Part shown: piece after piece, positions 42,505 to 52,652 of the stretch
Layout of the letters: the number at the start of each line of letters is the position of its first letter
Numbering within the stretch: position 1 is the stretch's first letter
DNA from: Wickerhamiella versatilis
Lineage: Eukaryota
Direction of reading: 5' to 3'
Assembly: GCA_030867685.1 (NCBI GenBank)
Contig: JAQOWU010000007.1
Location: forward strand, 992,001-1,056,000
Length of the DNA stretch: 64,000 nt
Position numbers and translations under genes: made by a program
Notes under the pieces: generated by a model
The model's input: the letters and a program-made list of their open reading frames with translations, nothing else
What the model was told of the DNA's origin: nothing
Databases searched by the model: none

Positions 42505-43731
42505 ATGAGCTTCGGCGCTGGTAACGGTGCATTTGGTACTTCTGGCGCGTCTTTTGGCCAGGGAGGATCAGCATTTGGTGGTTCAGGCCAATCGTTTGGA
42601 TCCCCAAGTGCGTTTGGCTCTGGAAATGCCGCATTTGGTACCGGCAACTCCTCTTTCGGCACTGGAAGCTCAGGATTTGGTAGTGGTGGTGGAGGTGGTG
42701 CTTTTGGCTCAGGCAATACTTCATTTGGAGGAGGAGGTGCAGGAGGTAACTCTTCTTTCAATGCTGGTAACTCATCATTCGGGACTGGCAACCCTGCATT
42801 CGGGACTAGTGGTAGTGCCTTTGGCTCGGGAAACTCCGGATTTGGGACAGGAAATTCTGCATTTGGTACTGGTAACTCTGTATTTGGTACTGGGAACTCG
42901 AGTTTTGGCACACAAGCTCCGGCGTTGGGCTCTGGGAATTCCGCATTTGGAACTGGAAATTCTGCATTTGGCTCTGGGAATTCTGCCTTTGGGACTGGAA
43001 ACTCTGCATTTGGCTCAGGAAACTCTGCGTTTGGCTCAGGAAATTCTGCGTTTGGAACCGGAAGTTCCGCGTTCGGGACTGGAAGCACAGCATTTGGCTC
43101 CACACCGAATAATGCGAATTCTTCATTTGGTGGACAAGGCCAAATCACGCCTTCTGCACCCACCCAATCAACACCAGGCGGGCAGCCGAGTCAAGGGTCA
43201 CCGTTTGGTGCTCAGAATGTAGCCCCCAAAGTTGGAAGTCAAGGAGGAGCCGCTTTCGGTTCACCTGGCTTTGGTTCCTCTGCATTCGGTGGTGGTCAAA
43301 CGGCTGCCACTCAGAATAGTCCGTTTGGCAGAAATCAGGGCTCTTTGTTCGGTAACAATACGACCAGTTCTTTTGGTAATAACAATAATAATAACAGCGG
43401 CAACTACAACGACAACAAAAATGCTACGGCTGGAAGTCCCTTTGGCAAGGTACAAGCCTCACCGTTTTCAGCAAGTAATAATGGTGGATCATTGTTCCAA
43501 TCAGGCGCGAATCAGCAGGGCCCTAATACGGGATCTGTGTTTGGACAGGCCGCAAATACGCCCAATCCCGCTGCTCAGCCCCAGAAGAAGGTGGGATACA
43601 GCCAAGGTGCTAATGATGACCCACCTCCTGAAGATAATGATCTTACACCAGCTGCTCGCACAGCCTTCATGAATCCTGAATTCGAACTAGGCAAAATACC
43701 TGAAATAGTACCACCTCTCATGTACCGGTAA
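42505..43731 (+). CDS. NUP42: FG nucleoporin Nup42/Rip1-like
   Basis: SAFG/SPFG repeats; C-terminal AFMNPEFELGKIPEIVPP resembles the Gle1-binding motif. Confidence 0.85.
   Translation: MSFGAGNGAFGTSGASFGQGGSAFGGSGQSFGSPSAFGSGNAAFGTGNSSFGTGSSGFGSGGGGGAFGSGNTSFGGGGAGGNSSFNAGNSSFGTGNPAFGTSGSAFGSGNSGFGTGNSAFGTGNSVFGTGNSSFGTQAPALGSGNSAFGTGNSAFGSGNSAFGTGNSAFGSGNSAFGSGNSAFGTGSSAFGTGSTAFGSTPNNANSSFGGQGQITPSAPTQSTPGGQPSQGSPFGAQNVAPKVGSQGGAAFGSPGFGSSAFGGGQTAATQNSPFGRNQGSLFGNNTTSSFGNNNNNNSGNYNDNKNATAGSPFGKVQASPFSASNNGGSLFQSGANQQGPNTGSVFGQAANTPNPAAQPQKKVGYSQGANDDPPPEDNDLTPAARTAFMNPEFELGKIPEIVPPLMYR
42620..43100 (+). repeat. Coding tandem repeat, 21-nt unit (NSAFG[T/S]G)
   Basis: Repeated AAYTCNGCNTTYGGNWCNGGN with synonymous variation. 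Confidence 0.9.
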
Positions 43732-43741
43732 TGATATGGAC

Positions 43742-45589
43742 CTAGACTAAATATTTTCGTGCTTCCTCAAGAAGCTCAGTGCTATGACTAGTTGAATGCA
43801 TGAATACTCGCCTGTATTGTTCAATGAGGCGTTTTTTTGCGTCTTGTTTGCGCAGTTGCCCATCAGCTACCGAGGTCATCAAACGTTCCGTTTCACGTCT
43901 CAGAAAAGGTTTCGTGAGGGACTGCTCATTGTCGAAACCAATTTTGTCATAGCTTTGAACAAGTGCCACACCCAAGTTCGTAGGATAGAATTTACCACTT
44001 TCCTTTGTGACAAATTGCCGTTGTATAATGCGATCGATGTGATCGGCCATTGTAGCATCTGTCCCAATACCATTGGCGTCCATTAAAGAAATGAGTTCCG
44101 GCTCAGTTAAGGGTCCCGGGGGAGTTGTCGACCCCTGCTTCAACATTGCCGACGTGACGGGAACGGTTTGACCAATTTGCAAATTAGGAAGCTGCGTAGT
44201 GTCCCATTTTTGGTATATATAAACTTCGAGGAAATTTGGCTCGAGCACAACATCTCCACTAGCTTTGAAATGTTCGTCCTCGCCATATTTGATGCGAACC
44301 GTTGTCGTTTCGCCCTTGGCATCCCTGCCACAACATGCTAAGAAGTGGCGCGTCACAAACTCATAAACCTTCCATTCATCTGCATCCAATACATGTCTTT
44401 CTATAGCCTTTATGGGATGAATTGGAGGATGCGCCTTATCGTCATGCTTTCCCTGACGAGGATCTGCCCCATAGCCACATATGATACGGGAATGTTCACC
44501 CCATATGGAGTGATTAGACTGGCGAGAAAGGAGTGAGTTTAAGTCCATTGAAGCGTCGAATTTGTCGGTCTCTGTGCGGGGGTAGGATATAAATCCCTTA
44601 TTATAGAGCTTCTCTGCCACATCCATTACTCTCTTAGAGCTCAACTTTAGAAACTGAGCGCCAGATTTCTGGAGTCTTACTGTTGTTAAAGGAAGAGGAC
44701 GATACCTTTTTGTTGGCTTCTTATCAGCACCGACCACTGTCGCTAAATAGCCATTACTAGCTGCCTGGTCCATCATTCTTTCATAAAAAATTGTGGCTAC
44801 CATCCTATCAAATATATGCCCTCGCTCCCAGTGCAACGGGAGTGCTTTCTGCTGCTCGTTCAACTTGAGGCTCAGTTGAATATGCCAGAACGGCTCTGTC
44901 TTGAAGTTTTTTATGCGTAAGTATCTGTCAACCACGAATCCTAACGTGGGAAACTGGCAGCTGCCATAACTTATCACCCCCTCACTCTTTAGTTGAGGAA
45001 ATGCTTTTCGGTATATACCTGTCTGAAACCTTGTCATGGAAAACCCCGTACGAAGATCTAATTCACGACGCACATCAACAGCAGCAACTGCTTGCCAGTC
45101 AAGCTGTACAGGCCGACAGGCGGCTTGACGAAGGTGCTGGGGGTCCACGTTGTTAAATAGTGCACGGTAAACCTCAATCCGAGGATTTGCAGCACGGGCT
45201 ATTTCCACCGCCTCTCCACCAATATGTTCACCTTCACGATCTCCATCAGTCCAAATATATATCTTCTGCGCTGTTCTGGACTCTTGCTTTATGTTTCTGG
45301 CAATCGACGCACCTTCTTTCGTGAGAATTGTTTTGATAGGTGCACCGTAGAGCTCTAAGACCGGAGTGTTCCATTCATTATAAGGTGACACGAATTCGAT
45401 ATCGGTTACATGGCCTAGAACCGAGGTAACCGTAACCTCACAGGAGCCCCATTGAGGGAACACATATGTTAGATCAAAATTGCGCACATACTTATTTGGG
45501 GATGTACGCGTCTGTACAGCTCCTCCCCCTAATGCTGCACTTAGTGCCCTTGCGATGGCTGGCTTTTCAGCAACGCATAACACGCGCAT
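43742..45589 (-). CDS. TOP3: DNA topoisomerase III
   Basis: MRVLCVAEKP, TSVLGH, DGDREGE, GSCQFPTLGF, catalytic ISYPRTET, GIGTDAT; ATG at 45589. Confidence 0.97.
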   Translation of the reverse strand: MRVLCVAEKPAIARALSAALGGGAVQTRTSPNKYVRNFDLTYVFPQWGSCEVTVTSVLGHVTDIEFVSPYNEWNTPVLELYGAPIKTILTKEGASIARNIKQESRTAQKIYIWTDGDREGEHIGGEAVEIARAANPRIEVYRALFNNVDPQHLRQAACRPVQLDWQAVAAVDVRRELDLRTGFSMTRFQTGIYRKAFPQLKSEGVISYGSCQFPTLGFVVDRYLRIKNFKTEPFWHIQLSLKLNEQQKALPLHWERGHIFDRMVATIFYERMMDQAASNGYLATVVGADKKPTKRYRPLPLTTVRLQKSGAQFLKLSSKRVMDVAEKLYNKGFISYPRTETDKFDASMDLNSLLSRQSNHSIWGEHSRIICGYGADPRQGKHDDKAHPPIHPIKAIERHVLDADEWKVYEFVTRHFLACCGRDAKGETTTVRIKYGEDEHFKASGDVVLEPNFLEVYIYQKWDTTQLPNLQIGQTVPVTSAMLKQGSTTPPGPLTEPELISLMDANGIGTDATMADHIDRIIQRQFVTKESGKFYPTNLGVALVQSYDKIGFDNEQSLTKPFLRRETERLMTSVADGQLRKQDAKKRLIEQYRRVFMHSTSHSTELLEEARKYLV

Positions 45590-45836
45590 CAAAGTCACAC
45601 CCTCTCAGATTATTTCAGGCAAACAATAGGATTAAGAGTCACCACAAGTGTGAAATCAGTATATTTCCCGGTTTATCAGTGATACTGTCTTAAAATATAT
45701 GCTATGGTTAAATTCTTGCAAGGAATCTTTTTCCCTGGCATTATTATATTTATGTCTTAAAAGCCCGATGAATTAACGGCGATCACCGCGATTTTGCACG
45801 CCTCCACCATTATGGGCTAGGGATTTTCAATCATTC

Positions 45837-47204
45837 ATGATACTTCCTTGGCGAAAAAAAAGTATTGAATCTTTGGAAGCTGTTGAAGCAGATAAGAATT
45901 ATGCTTTAGTACCTGATGTGGAAAAACCTGAAATTAAGGCCGTGGACAATTTGGATGACCAGACTCGCCTGGAAAATCCAGCCGCGGCACTGCCCCCACC
46001 TCCTGATGGTGGTTTTTGGGCATGGATGCAAGTTTTTGCAGCTGTAATGGCTAACTTCAATTCCTGGGGGCTCGTTAATGCTTTTGGTGTGTTTCAGGAA
46101 TATTATAGCAGCCATATCCTGGCAGATCGTAGCCAGTCGGAAATCAGCTGGATCGGGAGTTTCAGCGGGTGTCTGCTGCTTGCCGGATCAACATTATTTG
46201 GTGGAATATTTGATGCGGGATACATGAAGTATATGGCCATAATTGGCGCTTTCCTACAGAGTTTCAGCTTAATGATGCTGAGTCTCTCCACAAAATATTA
46301 CCAGGTAATGCTCACCCAGGGCCTCTTATCGGGACTGGTATCGTCCGTTATTTTTTTGTTAAGTATCGGATCCGTGGCCCCATATTTCAGCAAAAAGCGC
46401 CCATTAGCAATTGGAATTGGGGCATCTGGGTCCTCCATAGGTGGTACTTTGTATTCATGCATTGCACGAAAGCTGTTTGAACAAGTTGGGTTTCCATGGA
46501 CCTGCAGGATAATAGGATTCATTGTATTTGCCACGGCACTAATGATGTTTTTTGCGTTGAGACGGCGGTTACCTCCGCGTTCAAGGGGTGGGTTTGTTGC
46601 ATGGGAATGCTTTAGGGAGCCAGCATTTCTTGCCTACTGTGCAGGAAATCTGACTGGTTTTGCGGGGCTTTATGTTATTTTTGTACATTTGGAATCTTAC
46701 GCGCAGTCCACTGCGAGTAAGATGAATGAAAAGTATCAGGCATATGATTATATGACTGCAATAGTAAATGCGGGATCAGCCCTTGGTCGAATCTTACCCG
46801 GGTGGCTTGGTACTCATTTTGGTCCCATGAACGTGCTAGTTCCCTCTTGTGTTATTTCCATGATTTTGGCGTGGTGCTGGCTACCAGCCAAAAGTGAGGG
46901 CGGCATTATCGCCTTTGCCCTGATATTCGGTTTCGTCAGTGGCCCACTAATAGGATTGCCGGGCGCGGTTGTGGCACAGCTCACAGATAATATGAATAGA
47001 CTTGGTGTGCGTATGTCTTTCGCGTTTTTTTGGAGTTCTATTGGTGTACTGATAGGGCCACCAATGGCCGGCATCATGGAAAGAAAATATGACAGCTGGC
47101 TCTGGCCAAAAATATACTGCTCCCTACTTTGGGTGCTATCGATATGCTTCCATTCTCTAAGTCGCCAGCTTCAGTCAAAGGGGAAATTACGCGCTATATG
47201 CTAA
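45837..47204 (+). CDS. Monocarboxylate-porter family MFS transporter (Mch4/Mch5-like)
   Basis: PPPDGGFWAW, FGVFQEYY, ISWIGS, YFSKKR.LA.G. Confidence 0.9.
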   Translation: MILPWRKKSIESLEAVEADKNYALVPDVEKPEIKAVDNLDDQTRLENPAAALPPPPDGGFWAWMQVFAAVMANFNSWGLVNAFGVFQEYYSSHILADRSQSEISWIGSFSGCLLLAGSTLFGGIFDAGYMKYMAIIGAFLQSFSLMMLSLSTKYYQVMLTQGLLSGLVSSVIFLLSIGSVAPYFSKKRPLAIGIGASGSSIGGTLYSCIARKLFEQVGFPWTCRIIGFIVFATALMMFFALRRRLPPRSRGGFVAWECFREPAFLAYCAGNLTGFAGLYVIFVHLESYAQSTASKMNEKYQAYDYMTAIVNAGSALGRILPGWLGTHFGPMNVLVPSCVISMILAWCWLPAKSEGGIIAFALIFGFVSGPLIGLPGAVVAQLTDNMNRLGVRMSFAFFWSSIGVLIGPPMAGIMERKYDSWLWPKIYCSLLWVLSICFHSLSRQLQSKGKLRAIC

Positions 47205-47297
47205 TATAATGATAATACACCCATTCTCTAGCGGCATCTATATATATAATAGGAACGTAAATCGTGGCTTTTCTTCTTGATTTTCAAGTATGTACTA

Positions 47298-48230
47298 TTA
47301 ATTCACAGCCGTAGCCTTGGCTGCACGCTCCATCTTGGCCTTCGACTCCTCCAAGTCATCTGGGTCGACTACCTCCTTTGTATCCTTCTCGACTGGGCCG
47401 TCACGTCTACGAGTGGTGGCAGGGGTCTCCGTACCCATTATGTAGTCCCAATGACGGAAGCTCGATGCATAGTTGCCGACAAAGTAGTGGTGGTGGTCAT
47501 CGTGATGATCCGCCCCAGCCCAAAGAGGGAAGAAATGGTGGAACGAGATAGGGAGCTCGTATCCACTGTGGGAGTCAACTGCTTGCAACAGACGTAGAGA
47601 GATCCACAAGGACACGGTTAGTAGATGCATCTCGCCAGTCAACCACGCGATGAGCAGAGGAGAGCCTACTGTACCAGTTCCCGTAAACGCCACCTCGATG
47701 GGGTGGGCATATTCAGCAGTGAGACCGAATGGGGCAGCATATTTGTGATGCTGCTTGTGAACACTACGGTACAGCATCTTCGAGTGAAGGGCACGGTGGC
47801 CCCAATAATGCCAGGTATCTTCCAGGAAAAAAAAGATGGCTAGATGCTTGAATATAGTCCAATAAGACGGAAACGGGGCACGGTAACTGATGTTGAAAAG
47901 GCCACATACCATATGAAAGCCAAATATAGGCACGGCCTCGACCAAGAAGTGGCCCAAAAGAACCGACTTCAGGCATTCCAAATACTGCTGCTTGGTGGCG
48001 GGGCGCGTATCCTGAATCTTATACTTCCTCATCGAAGGCATACTGTCGAGGATAAGCCAAGGAAGCGCCCGTCCGAAGTAGACCACCTCGTGGACAAGGA
48101 GCAGAAGCAGCCCAGTGGCAATCGTATCATTGTCGAAATAGTTATACCAGTTTTCCCAAGCCTGTTCCAACCATGATAACTGGTTCGACTTAGTGAAATA
48201 ATTCGTCAAATACTCAGTAGCGTTTACCAT
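47298..48230 (-). CDS. ERG25: C-4 methylsterol oxidase
   Basis: His boxes HRALH, HKQHH, HHDDHH; AEYAHP.E; DSHSGY. Confidence 0.97.
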   Translation of the reverse strand: MVNATEYLTNYFTKSNQLSWLEQAWENWYNYFDNDTIATGLLLLLVHEVVYFGRALPWLILDSMPSMRKYKIQDTRPATKQQYLECLKSVLLGHFLVEAVPIFGFHMVCGLFNISYRAPFPSYWTIFKHLAIFFFLEDTWHYWGHRALHSKMLYRSVHKQHHKYAAPFGLTAEYAHPIEVAFTGTGTVGSPLLIAWLTGEMHLLTVSLWISLRLLQAVDSHSGYELPISFHHFFPLWAGADHHDDHHHYFVGNYASSFRHWDYIMGTETPATTRRRDGPVEKDTKEVVDPDDLEESKAKMERAAKATAVN

Positions 48231-48315
48231 GGGGCGCTCGAACGTGCGTAGTCAATATGCAGGTGTTAGGAGGAGTTATATACGGATTAAAAATGATGAC
48301 AAAGCGGAACGCGTG

Positions 48316-48510
48316 AAAACGAGGAATACGAGAATCTTTGGGCTATCCGACATTGCCCCTAAACCTATTGTTTCTACTTAGGACATAGAAAGAAGAAGTG
48401 GTCGGCGATAAAGCCAGTATCAATCAATTATTTTTACTCAACGATTATTATTTGACATTCTGTAAAAAAAAATGCAAAAGTACGCCCCCTTTCTATTTTA
48501 AAATATACGA
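48316..48510 (-). promoter_or_regulatory. Upc2/Ecm22-type sterol regulatory elements upstream of ERG25
   Basis: TCGTATA (minus, 48510-48504), CTCGTATT (48332-48325), CTCGTTTT (48323-48316); TATATAA near 48276-48282. Confidence 0.6.
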
Positions 48511-48717
48511 CCCCCAACAGATGGGTCATCACCCTAACCTGTATCAAGATGCTATCTGTTTGATCTATATAAATTAAAGCCGAACTCCGAAGTCCTTCGC
48601 AAATACCAATGCCGAAAAAAACCTGGGCATAACGGTATATTAGAATAGACTTGGCTCAGGATAAAATAAATTTAAGGTTGCGACTAGGACAACTCCGGTT
48701 GCCCTGCGCCATGTTTC

Positions 48718-49353
48718 TTATCGAAACTCAAAAGATGAGAGAGCGCTGTCAAATTTCGCGATTAACGAAATGCTTTGGAAGCGTTCACGCTCAGGCTGAC
48801 CTTTTTGATAATAATAGCCAGTAATTGCACCCGTCAACTGGTTTAGACAGATATAGTAGAACCCTGAATATGACGCACCCTCGACCTGCTGCTCGTGGTC
48901 TGGTACGAGGAAATGCTCCTTCCATCGCATGAAGAGATACTCATTATCCTTGTAGTTGGTATGAACGTAATCAGGGGACTCAGCGCCCTCTATTTGATGA
49001 AATGCCATGAATTTACGCCAATGCACTAAATCCTGTTCCCAATTGGCCTTCCAACTCGGTCGTCGCGTCTCAAAGGAGAACCTAGGCGATATTATTTCTC
49101 CCTCAAAGTAAGTGGTGAGCATCTCCAGCTCAGATGTGAGGCCATAGATACAAAGATAGCCACTCAACACCGACTCCGAGATATCTGCGTGCTTGATCTC
49201 CACCTTCACATCGTGCACCTGGTTGTCAGTTATTTGGCTACCTTCAAATCGAGCGCCAGGTCTCAGAAACTGGGATACCACGGGCCGATGCCGCGATTCT
49301 GGTAGCTGCAGGGGCGGCCCATAGTCACTCAACCCAGTGATTGATGTTGGCAT
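48718..49353 (-). CDS. VID24: GID complex Pro/N-degron receptor Gid4/Vid24
   Basis: FLRPG..F.GSQ, LTTYFEGEII, D..HW.KF, FMRWKEHFLVPD, GASYSGFYYI. Confidence 0.93.
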   Translation of the reverse strand: MPTSITGLSDYGPPLQLPESRHRPVVSQFLRPGARFEGSQITDNQVHDVKVEIKHADISESVLSGYLCIYGLTSELEMLTTYFEGEIISPRFSFETRRPSWKANWEQDLVHWRKFMAFHQIEGAESPDYVHTNYKDNEYLFMRWKEHFLVPDHEQQVEGASYSGFYYICLNQLTGAITGYYYQKGQPERERFQSISLIAKFDSALSSFEFR

Positions 49354-49704
49354 GCACTCTGATTACACATTTCTTAGATTATTTCTTCGTAAGGCACGCC
49401 TAAAATGGTTAGACAGCAGGGGAGGCAGCAGTAGTAAGTGACCCTGCCCTTTTCCTGCAAAAAAATTTTGAAGTACCCCGCCCCCTACACCACCTTACTC
49501 GGGAAAATCAGGTGACAATTGCTAAATAGTGGCAAGGTAGAATGAATTATTAGAGCCTAGATGTTGAATCACAATCAAGATATTAAGCTATTTTACTATT
49601 ATCCCTATTAAAGTTATGTCACGGTAAGTTCAGTGGTTCATTCGATTGTTTTGGTCGATACTTATCACGATCACGCAACATCTGGGTGAGTCATCAGTAA
49701 GGGC

Positions 49705-50639
49705 ATGACGGATGTGGTGGAAGACCTCGAGCAGAGCAGGGCGTTAGGTCAAGTAAAGACCACATTTGCTGGGTTTGTTGGAGGTGCTGTACAGGTCTTG
49801 GTTGGCCAACCCTTTGATTTGATCAAGTAAGTAAAAACTAAAAGCACATTCGGCTAATAGTACTAACCAACAGAGTACGATTGCAGCGTGGTGCCCATAC
49901 GTCCATAGCAGAGACGGTGTCACATACATTAAAGTATGAGGGTGCCTCTGCTTTTTATAAGGGAGCCAGTGCTCCGCTTATCGGCATAGGTGCCTGCGTA
50001 TCTATCCAGTTTTATGCGTTTCATGAAGCCAAGCAGCGAATTAGTGAGAAATATAATGGTGGAAACCCTCTAAGTTTTGGCCAGTACTATTATGCTGGTG
50101 CTATAGCGGGCTTGGCAAATACAGTAGCAAGTGCACCTGTGGAACATGTAAGAATTCTCATGCAGGCCCAGGAAGCCTCTAAGGGTCGTTACCATGGGGC
50201 ATTCGATGCTGCCGGTAAGATCATGAAATCGTATGGCCTACCTGGGCTATACCGTGGGTCGGCAGTGACGGCTTTGCGAGAGTTCCAAGCCTATGGTGTC
50301 TGGTTTCTGGTCTTCGAGTACTTGATCCACACTGATACCTCTAAAGGTATCAAAAGGGAGGACATTCCGGCGTGGAAGCTTATGGTGAATGGTGCGATAG
50401 CTGGTGAAGCCCTCTGGTTGTCGTCTTACCCATTCGATGTTGTCAAGTCCGTGGTGCAGAGTGATGCGTTCGGTAAGGACTCCCGCTATAAGGGTGCATG
50501 GGATGCGACAAAGAAGATTTGGCAGAGCCGGGGATTTGGTGGATTTTGGCGTGGTCTAACACCAACCCTCATTCGAGCTTGCCCCGTTTCTGCTGCGACC
50601 TTCGTGTCGGTAGAACTAACATTGCGTGCGCTCCAATAA
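49705..50639 (+). CDS. Mitochondrial carrier (Ymc1/Ymc2-like); exons 49705-49826 and 49874-50639
   Basis: Spliced product MTDVVEDL...QVLVGQPFDLIK|VRLQ restores the first PxDxxK signature; also PVEHVR and PFDVVK. Confidence 0.92.
49827..49873 (+). other. 47-nt spliceosomal intron
   Basis: GTAAGT...TACTAAC-CAA-CAG; removal restores the frame and a conserved motif. Confidence 0.92.
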
Positions 50640-50717
50640 TTTAGTTCCTAGATATATTGTAATAACTAGCTAAAACACTCACATGCTTTTTACGCGACTT
50701 TTTTGTTCGAAAATGCC

Positions 50718-51509
50718 CTATGCTTCAGGTTCACTTTCCAATCTTCTTAAAAGATAGTCCACTTCGACAACCTTAGTGAGTGGGATGATGCAATCTCTGT
50801 AGATCCCCACTATTGTTTCGGGATTAATCTTTCCCTGTCCTTTCTGAGACCATCGCAACGTGGTATGCGGATCAATCGCATAATTATCTGCCTTCTCGCG
50901 GACTCGATTCAGTACCTGTTCTTCCACCGCAGGCTTACAGATAACTGCCTCTATTCCAGCAGTATCACGGTTTATTATGAGCTCTGTCAACTTCTCGCGT
51001 TCATCGCGGAACTTGGCTTCAGCCACGAATTTTCCGAAGTGGATGCGTCTTGAAAGAGCCTGGAGAGCTGTTACATCTGCCAAAGCGCAACTTCCATAGT
51101 TTTCCGGTTGTTCATTTGGACCCGCCGCAAGTTTAGGCACCGCATAATCAACATAATATTTCTTTATTAGATCGTTCACATTGATCTCTTTGTCGTACGG
51201 GGCTAGCACTCTGGGGTATTTCATGGGGGGCAGAAGCAGAGGTAGCATCGAATCCTGGAAAAAAGGATTTTCGTCAGCCGCTTCATAGCGACGAAGTCGC
51301 GAATGTGTTTTCTCTGTCTCATGGAGAATCCAGTCTAGAAAGGTCTGCTCATGCCCAAGCTTGGGGAATGCGTCCAGCTCATAGATGTTTTGAGAGCGCT
51401 GAAACTGCGCCCTTTCAATTAGGTCGAACAAGATTGTGTCCTCCATCCTAATAAGCGCACCCCTGATGTTCTGGAGATTTAACACGGTCGACGGTATCAT
51501 GAAATCCAT
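50718..51509 (-). CDS. ARO7: Chorismate mutase
   Basis: MDF..P.TVLNLQNIR.AL.RMED, QALSRRIHFGKFVAEAKF, IPLTK.VEV.YLLRRL. Confidence 0.97.
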   Translation of the reverse strand: MDFMIPSTVLNLQNIRGALIRMEDTILFDLIERAQFQRSQNIYELDAFPKLGHEQTFLDWILHETEKTHSRLRRYEAADENPFFQDSMLPLLLPPMKYPRVLAPYDKEINVNDLIKKYYVDYAVPKLAAGPNEQPENYGSCALADVTALQALSRRIHFGKFVAEAKFRDEREKLTELIINRDTAGIEAVICKPAVEEQVLNRVREKADNYAIDPHTTLRWSQKGQGKINPETIVGIYRDCIIPLTKVVEVDYLLRRLESEPEA

Positions 51510-51571
51510 GTCACTATTCTTGGTTATGTAAGGTGTGCTATCAGTCCGTAGGTCTCGTGATATCGTTAGGT

Positions 51572-52267
51572 CTATTTAGAATTCTGTGTCATACCAGCAT
51601 AGCTGCGGTCGGGAGTGCGTTTCAAAAACCGCTCCCTGTGCTGTAAAAAGCGCTCTATTCGATCTTCAGCAGAGTTACCCATGTTATAATTACTGAGAGA
51701 TGCAAGGTATAGCGCATGATTTTTATGACTTTCTTCCTCGATTTGCTTCGTCTGTCTCTCGGCTCTAGATTTCAATGCAGAGAATTCGATGATTGCGATT
51801 AACAGCGCCACGCCAGTCACACATTTTAACAGAAACATGCGATTCTCTCTCATGGATTCCTGGAACTTCGCTTCTTGCGCTTTTGAAAAAAATGGCTTCC
51901 CATCCTCACCCCTGAAATCGCTCCAAGCTTGTGCCCGATCAGCAGGGTAAGTATAATAGCTCGCTCTGCCAGGGCTATGACCACCGCTACCGGTAGCGAA
52001 TCTATGGCTGAGATCCCAATTGCGGCGAGCTTTATCATCCTTAAGAATTGAGTGTGCATGAACGACTCGTTTGAACCGATCAGCAAATGTCTTTGACTCT
52101 GCTTCATTTTTCCCGCGTTGGCGGTCAGGGTGGTAGACCTTTGCGTATTCCAGAAACCTTGCCTGTAACTTCTTCTTATCAAAGGTCTCTGGTGTCATAC
52201 TGAATATCTCGTAAGGCGAAGGATTTATACTGCGTGGCCAGTGGATCTGGCGTCGAAAAACCCGCAT
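51572..52267 (-). CDS. Mitochondrial J-domain protein (Jid1-like)
   Basis: WP....PSPYEIF, YHPD, one TM segment, C-terminal EDRIERFL. Confidence 0.8.
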   Translation of the reverse strand: MRVFRRQIHWPRSINPSPYEIFSMTPETFDKKKLQARFLEYAKVYHPDRQRGKNEAESKTFADRFKRVVHAHSILKDDKARRNWDLSHRFATGSGGHSPGRASYYTYPADRAQAWSDFRGEDGKPFFSKAQEAKFQESMRENRMFLLKCVTGVALLIAIIEFSALKSRAERQTKQIEEESHKNHALYLASLSNYNMGNSAEDRIERFLQHRERFLKRTPDRSYAGMTQNSK

Positions 52268-52652
52268 CTCGTGGTGAGAGGAGTCCCTCCAATGATGATT
52301 GTATTACGTCACCAACTAAGATTAGGAGGCGAGAACAAAGCTAAATAGCCTGTTTGATGCTGAGATCATACAGAAAAAAAGTAATTTAAGATGCTTTAGT
52401 TGTATTCGGCTTTCAGTTCTCTTAGCTCTCCTAGCTTCTTCAGTTCACTAAGTGACGTGCTACTGCAATTGAAATTGAAATGCTTTTCAGCAATTAAAAA
52501 GATAGTCATCTTATTATTTATTAGTCCTATGTCACATCAAAAGTGCTATGATTCACAGGTAATACGTATAGTGTATAATACAGCTGGTATTCATTGTCAC
52601 TAAGGTCATAGTACATTGTTGGTCAGCAAAAGGCACATAGGTGAGGTTCGGG

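Noticed and set aside
42483-43222. Repetitive PNAEF and LALGI ORFs
   Set aside because: Other frames of the NUP42 21-nt FG repeat.
52292-52363. ATGATGA...CTGA pair resembling a box C/D snoRNA
   Set aside because: No convincing terminal stem and no rRNA-antisense guide recognised (GCCTGTTTGA is sense to 5.8S); it lies in the promoter of the J-protein gene. A snoscan run would settle it.
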